From: Psammoneis japonica
Taxonomy: Eukaryota
Direction of reading: 5' to 3'
DNA length: 64,000 nt
Assembly: GCA_008632985.1 (NCBI GenBank)
Contig: QPGO01000244.1
Coordinates: 29,916 to 93,915 of the forward strand
The translations under genes were made by a program, and so were the position numbers. Each line of letters starts with the position of its first letter. Position 1 is the first letter of the stretch. Below, piece by piece: positions 48,511-60,816 of the stretch. Below the pieces are notes generated by a model. The model was given only the letters and a program-made list of their open reading frames with translations. It did no database searches and had not been told where the DNA came from.

Positions 48511-51500
48511 CCCCCCAGTCAAGTTCCAAGTCCAATGATGCCACTGGCAGCGCCTCAGAAGCTCCCAAGAAAGGCAACATCACCAGGCTGAGCAATGCCC
48601 AGAGCATGATGACACCTCGGCTGTCAAGAGATCAACCACCAGATCCCCACCACCCGAGCGATCACGCCACATTGGCCTCTGAGAAAAAAACAACATGAAA
48701 ACAACTTGTGGGCCAAGAGTGCTGCACCCAAGCTCTCAAATGAAAGCAGTGCCCTGTCCACCGCCGTTGCCACCTTCGGCGCAAGGCCAAAAGAAAAAAA
48801 GATGAAAAGGCTGTGTGGAAAAGAAGAGCCAGAGACATGGGGTGCAAAAAGTTGAGCCCTGCTGTCGGACCACCTCATCATCTCGGATGCCCGCCTCCAC
48901 CCCCCACCCTTGCTTGCACCCCAGACAGATGCGAAGCTTGCCCTCAGGGAAATCAATGATGTGAAAGCAGCCCACAATGGAAAAGGAGCTCACTCAGCAT
49001 GTGCGCATCGAAGTCAGTCCATCGCAGCTGCTCATGTCAAGCAGGCACATTTGCAAGTTGAGCGACAGACATGGCATCAATGAAAGAAAGTTCCTCCACA
49101 GGTTTCATTGCAACAACAACGCGGTTGCCAGGTGCCCCCACAATCGCCGCCAAGCTCCGATCTGCAGGAGCTGCAAGCACACACTTTTGCAGACCAAGCT
49201 CGCAAACAACACGCTGCCGCGGCACAAAAGCAGTGGCCTCAAAGAAGTGGCGCTGCATGTGTGTGCTTGTCTCTGGGCTTTTGGGGCGGCCCTTCCTGGT
49301 TCCTGTTTTTTTCTTTCATGTCGGCACTTCCCCCTGAACAAGCCAAGAAGACAACAATGGTGGAGCAGCGCAACAACTGTCGGGCATTTGTGCGGGGGCT
49401 GAGGGTCACCCAACAAAGAGATTCTTGGGTTTGATTTGGAGCTCCTCTTTCAGATGTTTTGCATCCCGAGTTGGAGCCCCTTGCCTGGGCCAGGGCTGGG
49501 GTTCGCAAGGCACTGTTGATGCGCTGCTGCTGTGCGCTTGATGCACAAGCTTTGTTTTTTGGCACTTGCACAGACTCTGTGACTCATTGTCGATGAGTGC
49601 TGCTGACACACTGCCAAACAGAAGAGCGTTGGTGATCGAGTGTGGAGATGAGAACATTCGCCCCACAGCGGAAGGGCAGTTTTCAATTTTTGCAGCTGCG
49701 CGAGTGTTTGGAGCGTCGCGGCAAAGGCGGCAATTTGTGGGTGTGTGCCAGATGATGCTGATCCCACTGGAGTTGGAACAGCAGACTGTTGCGAGCAGCC
49801 ACTTGACAAATGGAAAACACCGGGTGCAAGTGAGTGTCTGTGCAGGTGGCGGTGGTGATGCAAGGCACACCAGAGCTGTCTGCCAGAGCTGAGCTCATGC
49901 CACCAGCAGGGCACACGAGGCCACATGAGCAAATTCGCCGGGTGTTTCGGCAGGGTCAGCTGACAGCAGTCGTGTGTCATCTGCGTTGACAGTGACCGCA
50001 AATCAAGAATTTCTGCTCACAAGCTGCTCAAATCTTGCCTGATGTTCACAGCTGGCCCCAACCCTCTGACCCTGACCCAATGACCCATGCAAGACGCGTT
50101 CCAGGTCTAGGTGGGACCTCGCACTACTGAACTGTGACATCGATAGTTTTTTGAATCGCGTCGTATGTCGCGCACGTACATTTCTACGTGATTTTGGCGA
50201 AATTTTGTATGATTTTATAGTACAATTATCAGGCTATCCCTTGAACAACTTTTTATATTTTTTTCTTCTACGCCATTCTCGAGTGTCTTAAGAATGGCGT
50301 AGGGCAGGCGTATTATCCAAAACTTCGAGTACGAACAGGGACGGATAGATGTACTACAAACTTGGCCGTTTTTTTTATGTCGAAGATAAATATATGCATT
50401 AACCACAGTACGAACTACAGAGCTCGCACGTAGAATTCTACGGGGCAAATGTCACAAACCAGGCCTGCGGGGAGCATTGACCACTTGTCTTTCTTTGTGG
50501 GTGTGGGTGTATGTGTGCCGTTGCATGCTGTATTGCCTGTACGTACGTAGGGCCCTACCGCCGGGGCCGGTATTGTGGCGGCTGAGTGGCGTGGCCACCG
50601 CACCGGTGACGCGGATGACCGTTATATTTGATGTCTCATGCCATTTTTGGGGCTGTAGCGAGCACAGCGGTTTCAACGGTTTCAACGCGCATTTCAGGGC
50701 GAACGGTGAAATGTGCTCATTACCCATTTCTCCTTCCCTCGCCGATTCATTTCATTGCACGTCGCACGTCTTCAAGTCTATTACGATGGCACTCTTTGTC
50801 AATTGAAGATGTAACTCTACAGCATTATTGACACCCCTTTGTAACATACCATTTAGAGAAGACAGGTAAGTCAAAATTTGCCAACTGTGTTAGTCAGCAG
50901 TTCCTTCTTCCCCGCCAACATCCCCACCCGACTCCTCAACATTGTTCTACAGTACAGTCTCTGTCTCGACAGCGAGGTTTGCCCTTTGCCGCCTTTTTGG
51001 CTTCCTTCCTCTCCATCGTCTCGCCTGAAAAATTCGTCTATCGATTATCTTTTATCTTGTCCCGAACGGAAGCTGATTCTGTCACGACATTCCGGAAGAG
51101 CTCGGGGAGGAATTGGAGAATTCCAAGACGATTGCCATATTGCGTCGGCTCAGGAAATCAGCAGCTAGGCCTATTATCAGGAACGATCGCACCGCGATCA
51201 TCAAGCCAAGTTTGACGCTGAGATTGATGGACTTGGTGCATGATGTAGACCATTTAAGTGGCAAGAATAACGATTGGTTTCTCGACAGGCTGAGCTGGAA
51301 GCCGAGCTGCACGATAATGACATGGAAGTTGCCCCGTTCAAGACGATTTGATGTTGACAGTCATGCGAGTGTTTTTCCGTGGCAGGACTGCACACGATAA
51401 AAAGCGATCATGGCATCATGTCTCTTTCAGCAGATGCTGCTGTACTTTGGTGGACCGTCTGCTTGCAAAGCAACGCTTGGCTGAGACCCTCGCTCTCAGC

Positions 51501-53519
51501 CGTCAGCGACCACTGTTTGCTCTAGGAAATGTGCTTGGGAGCACTGCATGGCTACTTTAGGCACACAACTTGTTACTCTGGGCATTGTGTAAGATTCAAC
51601 TATAGCACTTGAGATGATTACCCACTACTGCACGTCGGTTGGTTCATGGCCTGCGTCGAATGGTAGGATTTGACCTAGTTTAGAAATGATGGACCTTCCT
51701 AGCAAGAAATTTCCATTGCATCAACCTGTTAGAAATGCCCACACTATCAACATCTTAAATGTATAAGGCCAATCAAGTGAACTTACCTGGATCATCGACC
51801 TGCTGTACAGTATCAGCCCGACGGTGCATTTCTCATCGACTAACAGAGAACAGCGGCTTGAGCTGATTTGAGCTCGGATGATCCCGACAGAATGCTTCCA
51901 ATGCCATCACACCAAGTCTTTTAATAAGAATACTAAGACTGCGCTGCATTGTAGAGTCCATACTGGACTTTTCATCCACCCCTACAGTCAAGCTCATTCG
52001 TCCCGTCATCGTGGCATGAATCTCGTCGTCAGGAGTGGCACGAATGATCGTGTGTTTTTCTCTCTAGGCTTCTACAGATGGAACAATTTTGCACAGCATG
52101 ATAGTAAGATACAATAGAGAGCTGAAACATGGGAGATACTGGGAGAGGCAAGTCAAAATACCATCAACAAGGCCACCGTCAGATCCATGACAACAAATCG
52201 ACGAAAACTCGTTCCGACAATCCAGTACAAACCCCACGTAGAAATCTACGATGATTTCCACGAAAAAAGGCGCAACCGAGATTCCGTCCGCCATTGTCAA
52301 CCATATCGATAACGACGACATCAAAACATCTTACACTAAGGGAAAAACGACATATGACCTCAATAATACCATGAACGACAACATATCTCATTTTTTCCTC
52401 AGTGTCGGCAGTTTACATGAAGTAGAACCGGCTGTTGTCGATTCATGGTGACTGCGGCTCTGAGCAACAAATTTTTTTTGTGCGGTGACAGTGTGCTTTT
52501 TTCAAAACTTTGAAGATTAAAAAGTTCCTAATTCCAGTTTGATTTGGCACACCCGAACATTTTTTTCACAGACAAACACGCTCACCGTTCTCGCGCGGAA
52601 ACCGCTGTGGCGAGGTGCACGGACACTCTTTTTTTTCCAATTTATCGCCATAATAGCGCATCGCACAAACTCACTTATTGTTCGACATGTTTTCCCCAAT
52701 ATGACTTTTTCGTGTAGAATTCACGATAAATTATCTTTGTATATAACTGAATACATTTTTGAACATGCCACGCCGGCAATCCCAATTTTTCAGAACTTTC
52801 GAGCTCTCCTGAAAAACCGTGCCACGTGCCCGTCGTAGGGAATTTATCGATTTTTTAGGATGTCCCCACAACCTCTCATGTCCTCAATGACAATTCCAAG
52901 AATCCGAAGAATTCATCTGCACTGAACAACCCACACCCTTTCAAAATCCAAGGGACACACTTTCAAATTCAGACGGACAACCCGACTGCCCGACTGCCCC
53001 ACTGCCGGACCGACACGAAAAAGTCTGCAATCACCAACCACTGAGTGGTCAATGAAAGTCCCACCCAGGACTGGAACCCGTCGCAAGAAAAGTCGATGAG
53101 CTGTCTCCAACGATGTGAGAAAAGTCGATGAACTGTCCAAGCAAGGACCCCAAATTTTTTTTTGCTTCAAATGCCAAATGTCCCAAGTTGAGCAAAATTT
53201 TTCCATGGGTTTTGTTGCAAGTCGTGGTTTGTCAATGGGATTTGGCATTGAGGGCATGTCTGCACGTTCGCGCAAACTTCCAAGGTGTCAGTCAACATTG
53301 CTGACCTCTGCATGTGTGCTCTTTTTTCCTCATGTGCAAACCTGTGTGAGCCAATTGCCAGAAAGAACAACACATCTTGGTGCACCCAGCCCAAAGCCTG
53401 TCTCAAGCTGCACCTTGTTTTGTCTCTCAGCTCTTCATTGTCTGGGTGGATCTCTCACACGCGGCATCACCTTGTGCCAAATCTTTGACCTCGCTGGCTT
53501 CAGAGACCCTTGCACACAC

Positions 53520-54010
53520 TGCCCCAGCTTGGCAATGGCATCCTGACATTCTGCCAGCTCGGCAATGGCATCTGGCAATCCGACATGGTGTTCTCGAGAG
53601 TCCGAACATGGTCTGCCAGTTTGGCGATGGCATCCTGACATTCTGCCAGCTTGGCAATGGCATCCTGATGATCCAACATGGTGTTCTTGAGAGTCCAAAC
53701 TTGGTCTGCCAGCTTGGCAATGGCACCCTGACAATCCGACACGGTGTTCTCAAGAGTCTGAAAGTGGTGTGCCAGCTCAGCAACAGCATCCTGATGTTCC
53801 ACCAGCTCGGCAATGGCATCCTGACGTTCTGCCATGGTGTTCTTGAGAGTCTGAAAGCAGTTTGCTGGCTCAGCAATGGCATCCTGACATTCCACCAGCT
53901 TGGCAATGGCACCCTGACATTCTGCCATGGTGTTCTTGAGAGTTCAAATGTGGTTTGCCAGCTTGGCAATGGCATCCTGACATTTCACCAGCCCGGCAAC
54001 AGCACCCTCA
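53520..54010 (-). repeat. Coding-type tandem repeat (30- and 69-bp units), a decayed coiled-coil ORF
   Basis: Recurring GCCAGCTTGGCAATGGCATCCTGACATT; the minus strand reads E(C/H/R)QDAIAKLA..(F/V)xTLENTM. Confidence 0.8.
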
Positions 54011-55539
54011 ACAGTTTCGTTGGATTTCTTGAGTTCGCCAGTGGATGCCGCCAAGCAGCGCTGCCTCCTTTCCCTTGCACGCTGATTTTCTGATGAATTG
54101 CAAGGGGAGTGCTGGTGTGCTTGATGATGCCAATGCGATGCCTGCTGCCACGTTGTTGCTTTCCCCAGTGAGCGAAAGGCAACAACAACACACAGTCATC
54201 ACAACGGCTGCAACGCGGTCAGTGGCAAGGTGGCGCTCATGCTCAAATCTTGCCTGGTGTTGTTTGTGGCCGGCCTGTGATTGTTCCAGTGGCTGAGCCT
54301 CCTCCATGTGGCACCGCAACAACCAAGCACTGCACACGACTGCTCAAGCATGACTGTGCAGCATGAGCCGTGTTTTCAGTCTGTCATGGTTGCCTGTGTT
54401 GGCTTGCCTCCATCACATCACATGATGACAGCCGAGTGCTGCACGTCTTGTGCTCTCATTTTGTTGTTGCTGCCAGACCTGCATGCTGCTTGCAAGCAGC
54501 CATGGCTGCAAACAACAACAGTGGCTGCAGGATGCACAGGTGGAATGAAGGTGATGATGCCGGGGAACTTTTGGGCCATGTGCACAACCCTCGCAGCCCT
54601 GACATGATGTTCGCTCATGGAAATTGTCTCGCCAGAACACGTGGACAGAGCCCAGAATCTGAGCGGAAACTGGAGGTTGGTGTGCACCACCATGTTCCAC
54701 AAACACTGCAAGAGCATTGTGAAGCCAATCTTCCAGGCCGCGCCTCCTCCTGTGCCCACCGCCCACCCTCCCTCCTCTTGCAAACCCACCTCGCAACACC
54801 ACTGGGGTCATCCTCCACCTGGGCATCACTGTCCTCAATGCTCAAGGTGGTCAAGTTGAGCAATGCCAGCATTTTGCTTCATCAGCTCCACACAGGTTCT
54901 GACCCTCTTTTGTTGTTTTCTCTTGGGCCCAGATTTGGCTGGCATTGTCACAGCCACAGCACAAGGCCAGGTGACAGCCAGCTGGCAGCATCCTCTGAGA
55001 TTTTTTGTTGTGGGACAATGCACGTCTTGTGCTCTCATTTTGCCATTGCTTCCAGACCTGCTGAGAAACGTGCCTGATGCTGCCACCCTTTCTAAGAAAT
55101 GCAATTTGGCTGCTGCAGCCCACTCAGTGAACAGACACATGTGTGCGCGGCTGGCTGTTTCAATGTTGGATGCCCTGCCACTGCTCCATGTTGAAGCACA
55201 TTGCTGGACACTTCCATGGCAACAAGCACTGGGGCATCACCTGCAAGAAACCTGGCCAAGACAACCCCAAGTTGCCCGCCTTCCCCAAAATGATGATCCC
55301 TTCCAGCTTTGCCAGCTGTTTTGGTTGGGTTGGCCAGTCGTGTGTCGTCTGCATCAACCATGATGTAAAATCAAGAGTTCAGACCAAAGTTGTTGCAGTG
55401 GCCTTGAGTGTGTTGGAAAGCACCTCAGATTTCTTTGAGAAGCAAGCCAGTGCCAATGATGCTGACCACACCAAAGTCCAGAGACTTGGTGCAGAGCCAA
55501 AGCAATCTGGTGCAGCATCACATTCTCCAGCTGCACCCG

Positions 55540-57326
55540 CATGGAGAGGTTCTGATCCACCAAAGCACACAAGGGACACACCATTGTTGCTGGAAGCATT
55601 GATGGATGGATTGCCCAGCCCAAGTCAGAGAAAATGGTGGCTTTTCCTCCTCCAAGCCAGAGTGAGAATGGACTCTCCCAAGAATGGAAAGCCTGATCTG
55701 CCAAAGCATGCAAGGATCATGCCATTGAAACCATCACTGCATGGATCACTCAAGTTGGAGATCCTTCCAGCCAGAGTGAGCATGGGCTCTCTGGTCCTGA
55801 TGATTCTGAGAATGGCAGTGGCAAGATGCCAGCCAAAGATCCGGGTCAGAAACCCAAGGTGAATGTCCAATTTTCCAAGCGGTGTTTTTGCAGCAGTGTT
55901 GTCAAATGCATGATGAAGAACACAGAAACTGGATCACCCATGTTTGGCATTGAATGTGAAGATGGCAACACTGAAGACATCAATCAAGAGGAGTGTGCAT
56001 CTAAACACTCAACAAGGAGCTTCCTTCAAAAGCTCATTTCACTCAAAATGTCAACATCCACAACTTGCCATTGGCCACTGAAAATGTTGCTGAGACACAA
56101 ACCACAGATTCTGTGACTGGCAAACCACCCACAAAACAATTGGAAGAGCCACGCGGCAATGAGATCTTTTGACACTTCAGAAGCAGCTTCGCTGTCTGAA
56201 TTCTAAAAAAACATCCAAATTCCAAACCCCTCCCCACTGATTTCATTCACATCCATTTGCCATGACATGGCTGGCCACACATGGCACAAATTTTAAGTTC
56301 ATCATCCCCATTTTCACTGGAACAAAGCGCACACTGCCAGCCTTGCCACTTGGGGCAATGTGCTGACAATGGGGCTCACCACAAGTGTCCTGCAGAGATC
56401 TTCCTTGAAGTCACGCTGGGGGTGAGCCTGGGGTGAGCAGTCATTGGCTCCCCTGGCTGCAGCAACTGCTGTGAGAGTCTCACAGCTCCAGCTGAATGTT
56501 GCAGCATGGGTGATGCTTGGGTGTGGTGAAGGGTTTGAAGAAATGGGCACCACTTCAGCAACAGAGACTGCACCTCCATCCACATGCAATTGAGGTGTCT
56601 CACTTTATGGCATGACATCTCAATGGCACTTTCACCAACTTTCACCCATTTTCCCATTTCTTGCTTTGTTCTTCTTGGTGACAATTTTGCAATGCACACG
56701 CTGTTTTCTTCAAAGTCAGCACACGTTCAAGCTGAGATTGCAAATTTCACATTCAACACACACAACACCCAGTTGCCATTTCGGAAACTCTGGATCAACA
56801 GGAATGTTGCTGTTGTTTGGCAATGGCTCTGACAGCACACCAAACATCACATGCTTTGTAATGGGTTTGCATTGTTGCCACCCAGCAGTGCAGGATGCTT
56901 GGCTTCAGCACTGTGTCACACTCACAGTGGCTGTCTCAATCTGGCCTGTGCTTCTGAGAGGCAAGAAGAAAAGCAAAATGAGTGAGTGAGCAAGATTTCA
57001 CTCTTTGGATGTGACCACAAACAATGCCAGAAGGTTGGACAGATGATGGGCAAACAAGAGCACCAAGTCAGCCTGAGTGAGAAGGCCCCATTTGTGGTCA
57101 CCAGAGAGGATCTTCTTGCAGACCTCGCTGTTGTTTTTTGGCACTTGAAAGTTGGGCACTCTGTGGCCTGCAATGACGGGCACTCAAGAGATGCCCACAG
57201 CTCTGCAAAATGGAAGCACAGCAATGGAGGCAGAGCTCAGAGAAATGTGCAGGTCAGCCATGTGAAGTTGCCAACATGCAGACACACATGGGACCCTTTT
57301 CCTTTGCCCTTTGAACCAGGAGCTGC
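55540..57326. repeat. ~1.8 kb dispersed repeat, copy B (inverted relative to 9880-11760)
   Basis: Both copies encode GSPMF.IECEDGNTEDINQEECASKHS; reverse-complement similarity is colinear. Confidence 0.9.
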
Positions 57327-57329
57327 TTT

Positions 57330-58400
57330 TCAGTGCCTTTCACACATCACTTGGGTGAGAGTCAGAAAGAGCTGCCAGGTTCTGCAGCTTCTTGGACACC
57401 CAGATGATGGGACATCTGACATGACAAATGACATGTCCGATGCATGGCTTGATGGACGTTGGGTCCTGCCTGTCTTCAGCACAGAAGAGTCCCACAAAAT
57501 CAGCACCAACACAGCTGTCCAGATGACGGTCAGTGGTGGGTGCAAGGATGAGCCCCTTGTTGGTGGCACCCTTCAAGTGACAAAGAGTGTGTTTGATGGC
57601 AACAGTGTGCAAGGCTTTGGGAGCACAGGAGAACTGCACAATTTGATGGACAGTGGACAGGCAGTGTTTGGGTGGCTGTCAGATGCTGGGTGCATCAGCG
57701 TGCCGACCACGGGGCAACAGTTGCAGGGTTCATCCAATGGCAGGCCTTCAGCAAAGTTGCCACCAACAGGTGTGGGAAGTGCAGGAGCAGGAGCTCCATT
57801 GCAGTTTTCCACATCTTGGTGGCACGCAGAACTTTCTCAGTTGGGCCAGGCCAGGTCAAGAAGGAAGAGCCAGCCACTCTTGAGCTTCTGGATCTTGATG
57901 CCCAAAAAGTCACCAACTTTGTGCCTTCACCACACAGGTCAAAGACATGGCATTGCTCGCCATCAGAGATGCCCAATTTGGCAATGTGTCTCTGTTTGCT
58001 TCAAGTTCTTGAGCAGGTGCACCGGCAAACACGGCATCATCAACGTGCACCACACATGGCACACCCTTCTTTTGAAATGAAGACAAGAGTCAACAGCAGA
58101 CTGGGACCAATCTCTTTCGAGTGATCCATCATGCAGCTTTCCACAGAAACACTTGGGAGGCTGATCATGAAGGCCACACAGGCCTTTCAACAGTTTCAGC
58201 ACCAAATCGGCGACCGATCTTCTTGGCTGAGAACCCTTGGAAAGCTCCACACAGACTTTGTCCTTGGTGTCAGCTTGGTGCTGGGGATGCAACCATTTGC
58301 ACAGATGACACAAAAGGAGGGGGGTGCCTCTCTCGAGGTTGTGCAACGCAGTGCAGAGGGTGACAACCGCACAGCAGGGGACAATGAGACATGCCAAAAA
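57330..58400 (-). mobile_element. Heavily decayed Ty1/copia RT-RNase H relic (similar to element 1 pol)
   Basis: VCVEL..LVLKLLKGLCGL...WSQSAVDSCLHF and LCHLKG.TNKGLIL.P...LDSCVGADFVG...CPIIWVSK.LQ. Confidence 0.85.
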
Positions 58401-59265
58401 TGCAAATTGTGAGATGCTCTCTCACTTGTGCAAGAGTGACAATTTCGACCAACGGTCGCCAACGTCACTCCGACCACTGTGCTGTTGCCGCAAGACTCGA
58501 CGGACGTTTTTGCGGAAGCAAATCTGTCGTGACAACATGTCGATGACCCAAGGAGTCCACCGCCATCCGTGAACCAGCAGACTGGTGACTAGTGGCAGCT
58601 TGGCTCTTGTGGCTTGGGGCCGGCGCCGGCATCTCTCTACTCTCTGCTGCTCAGTGGTAGAGAGTAGAGGTAGGCTAAATGATGCAGTGCGGGGTTGCGG
58701 GGGCTCCTCAGTTTATTTTGCTTGGAGCACATGGGTTATGAGCTCCTACCACTAAACGTATGTGCCACGTGCCACATGTAGGATGTACTGTAGGACGACG
58801 TACGTACCATGTACTGCAGTTCTACATACAGCACTCAACTGCGTAAAACTGGGCCCCCGCTTATTTTCAATTTGTCGGGGGGATGCGCGGAAACATAAGC
58901 AGGGTTATATCGAAAAATTCTCCCCCCCTGCTGTATCGTCAAGCCTAGGGCCCTACCGGTAGAGAGCACCGAGACGACAAAACAAGATGTGAATCCATGA
59001 ACGTCGTTCATTTGTCAATCACAAACATTTATCTTGTAGCCGTACCAAAATGGCGTGATTCTTCACGCATGGACCCCCGTCTCATGGTGTTGTTGCGAAT
59101 GAAAGGTAAAACGTTCTCGTATTCAACGTAGAATTCTACTGTAGTCGGAAGGCGCTCCCTAACCGACGTGCAAGCTAGAGTTGTCATTTGTGTCAAATGT
59201 TGATTTTAGCTCTTTTAAAAATCATTATAGCCAATGTTTTCAAAAATGGCACGTGCATCTTATTC

Positions 59266-60135
59266 CTATTCATCAGCCACAGAACGAGGAGATACCTTCC
59301 ACGACCCTGCTCGTTCGACCAATCTTCTTGAGGATTTCGAGCTTGAAGCTGTGTGTGCCGCATGGCAATTGGATCCAGGTTGCCCGGGTCTAGCAGTCTG
59401 TAACCGCTTTTGGACAAACAGGAATTCTGGAGAAGCTAATTGAATGCCGGAAGCATCCGATGCCACGCCCAGAAAGTATCCTTTGACAGAATTGGACAGT
59501 TTATCGCTTGACTCAAGCGCATTCGATACGCACGCCAAAGCAACAATGGAGGAACTGATGGCAACGAGATGTTTGTCACTCAATGCCAATTCTATCTGAT
59601 CCTCTGAGCACTTGAAGATGCTCTCACGCACTTGCTCTGTCATGGAGGATGACACCATCATGGTCAAATAGTTTCGGACAAATGCTGCTGGTGTTGGTGG
59701 ATTCAATCGAAAACCCAGAGCTGAAATGATGACAACTTCCATATCAGTAATTTGCTTCTCGGTGTATGCACCTCTTGAGAGTCCAGCGACAGTCTTTGGG
59801 TCAATGGCCATGGGCTCGTGCATTTTGATGGCAGTGTAGAAACACGTCATGGCAGCAAGCTGATAAGTCACTCGCTGTTTGCACATTTCTTGACCAGAAG
59901 GCGTAAGAAGAAAACGATCGAGATAAGATGTCGCTATTGACACGGTTTCTCGGTTGAACTTGCAAAAATCAGCGATTTGGTAAAACCACTTGATAAGTTT
60001 CGCCCTGGAGCTAGCGTCGACTTGAGCAAATCGTGATGGCGGGTTCTCTGGAAGATCACAATGGCATCGATATGCCGTTTGCTCTTGAGTCCGCATGGCT
60101 CGGACTGTAAAGACAATGTCGTCGATATCCATCAT
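59266..60135 (-). CDS. Cyclin (diatom-specific cyclin-like)
   Basis: Cyclin box RAKLIKWFYQIADFCKFNRETVSIATSYLDRFL...QLAAMTCFYTAIKMHE...MEVVIISALGFRLNPPT; likely start MMDIDD at 60135. Confidence 0.92.
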   Translation of the reverse strand: MMDIDDIVFTVRAMRTQEQTAYRCHCDLPENPPSRFAQVDASSRAKLIKWFYQIADFCKFNRETVSIATSYLDRFLLTPSGQEMCKQRVTYQLAAMTCFYTAIKMHEPMAIDPKTVAGLSRGAYTEKQITDMEVVIISALGFRLNPPTPAAFVRNYLTMMVSSSMTEQVRESIFKCSEDQIELALSDKHLVAISSSIVALACVSNALESSDKLSNSVKGYFLGVASDASGIQLASPEFLFVQKRLQTARPGQPGSNCHAAHTASSSKSSRRLVERAGSWKVSPRSVADE

Positions 60136-60816
60136 ATTGAAAAGAAAGTGAACGATTGTGATTGAAAGTGGCTGTGTCGTAATTTGGGCAAAGGAAGTTT
60201 TTATGAGGTTGTGTCGTCGTTTGGTGCAAGCATTTCTCGAAGTCGCGGTTCTGTGGCGCAAGCAGTTTTCTACCCGCGACTCAATATCAAAATCGCGACT
60301 CGACTCGATCCGCGCCATCTAGTACATGATCCATGTAGAATGTACAGTACGTACGACCCCTACATGCTGTAGGTTGACATCTTCGCTCAGAGTACATACA
60401 GTGCTGAGACTGTGAACACTTGGGCATGTCTACCGGTAGAAGGTACCGCAGTACCGTATTATGTACGAAGTACCTTACTTCTTGTACTAAAGCCTAACCA
60501 ACCTTACTGCGTACGGTACATAGGGCCCTACAGCTTTCGGTGTCGTTTGCTCTTGTTTTTGGTCGCGGCGTGACATGCCTTCCCGCGCGACTGCGTGCGC
60601 CCTGCATGCATTCTCGCCGCAAGGCGAAGAAGGATGCCACACATTTTTTCTGAAAATCCAAATTCCAAATTCTGTTGAAGCTTGGCCAACGTACGGATGA
60701 CGTCGGGGGTCTGAGGTCGGTGCGGTGTCAACTCTAGGGCCCTACGGTACTGTAGCGCAGCGCACACAAAAAGTCAGTGACACTAACTGACAACTGACAA
60801 CTGTGACGATTTGACG

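Noticed and set aside
53520..54010. CRISPR-like array, or further proof of TA mutation (E-C/H/R-QD variants)
   Set aside because: Units are in-frame multiples of 3 with no unique spacers. The C/H/R variants could equally come from an ancestral CG, so they are uninformative.
7700..58620. Dense overlapping Cys/His/Trp/Gln-rich ORFs in all six frames
   Set aside because: They are a by-product of TpA loss, which removes TAA/TAG stops and Tyr codons. They are not novel cysteine-rich proteins.
60136..60318. N-terminal extension of the cyclin ORF
   Set aside because: Probably 5' UTR read in frame; cyclin-like sequence starts at MMDIDD.
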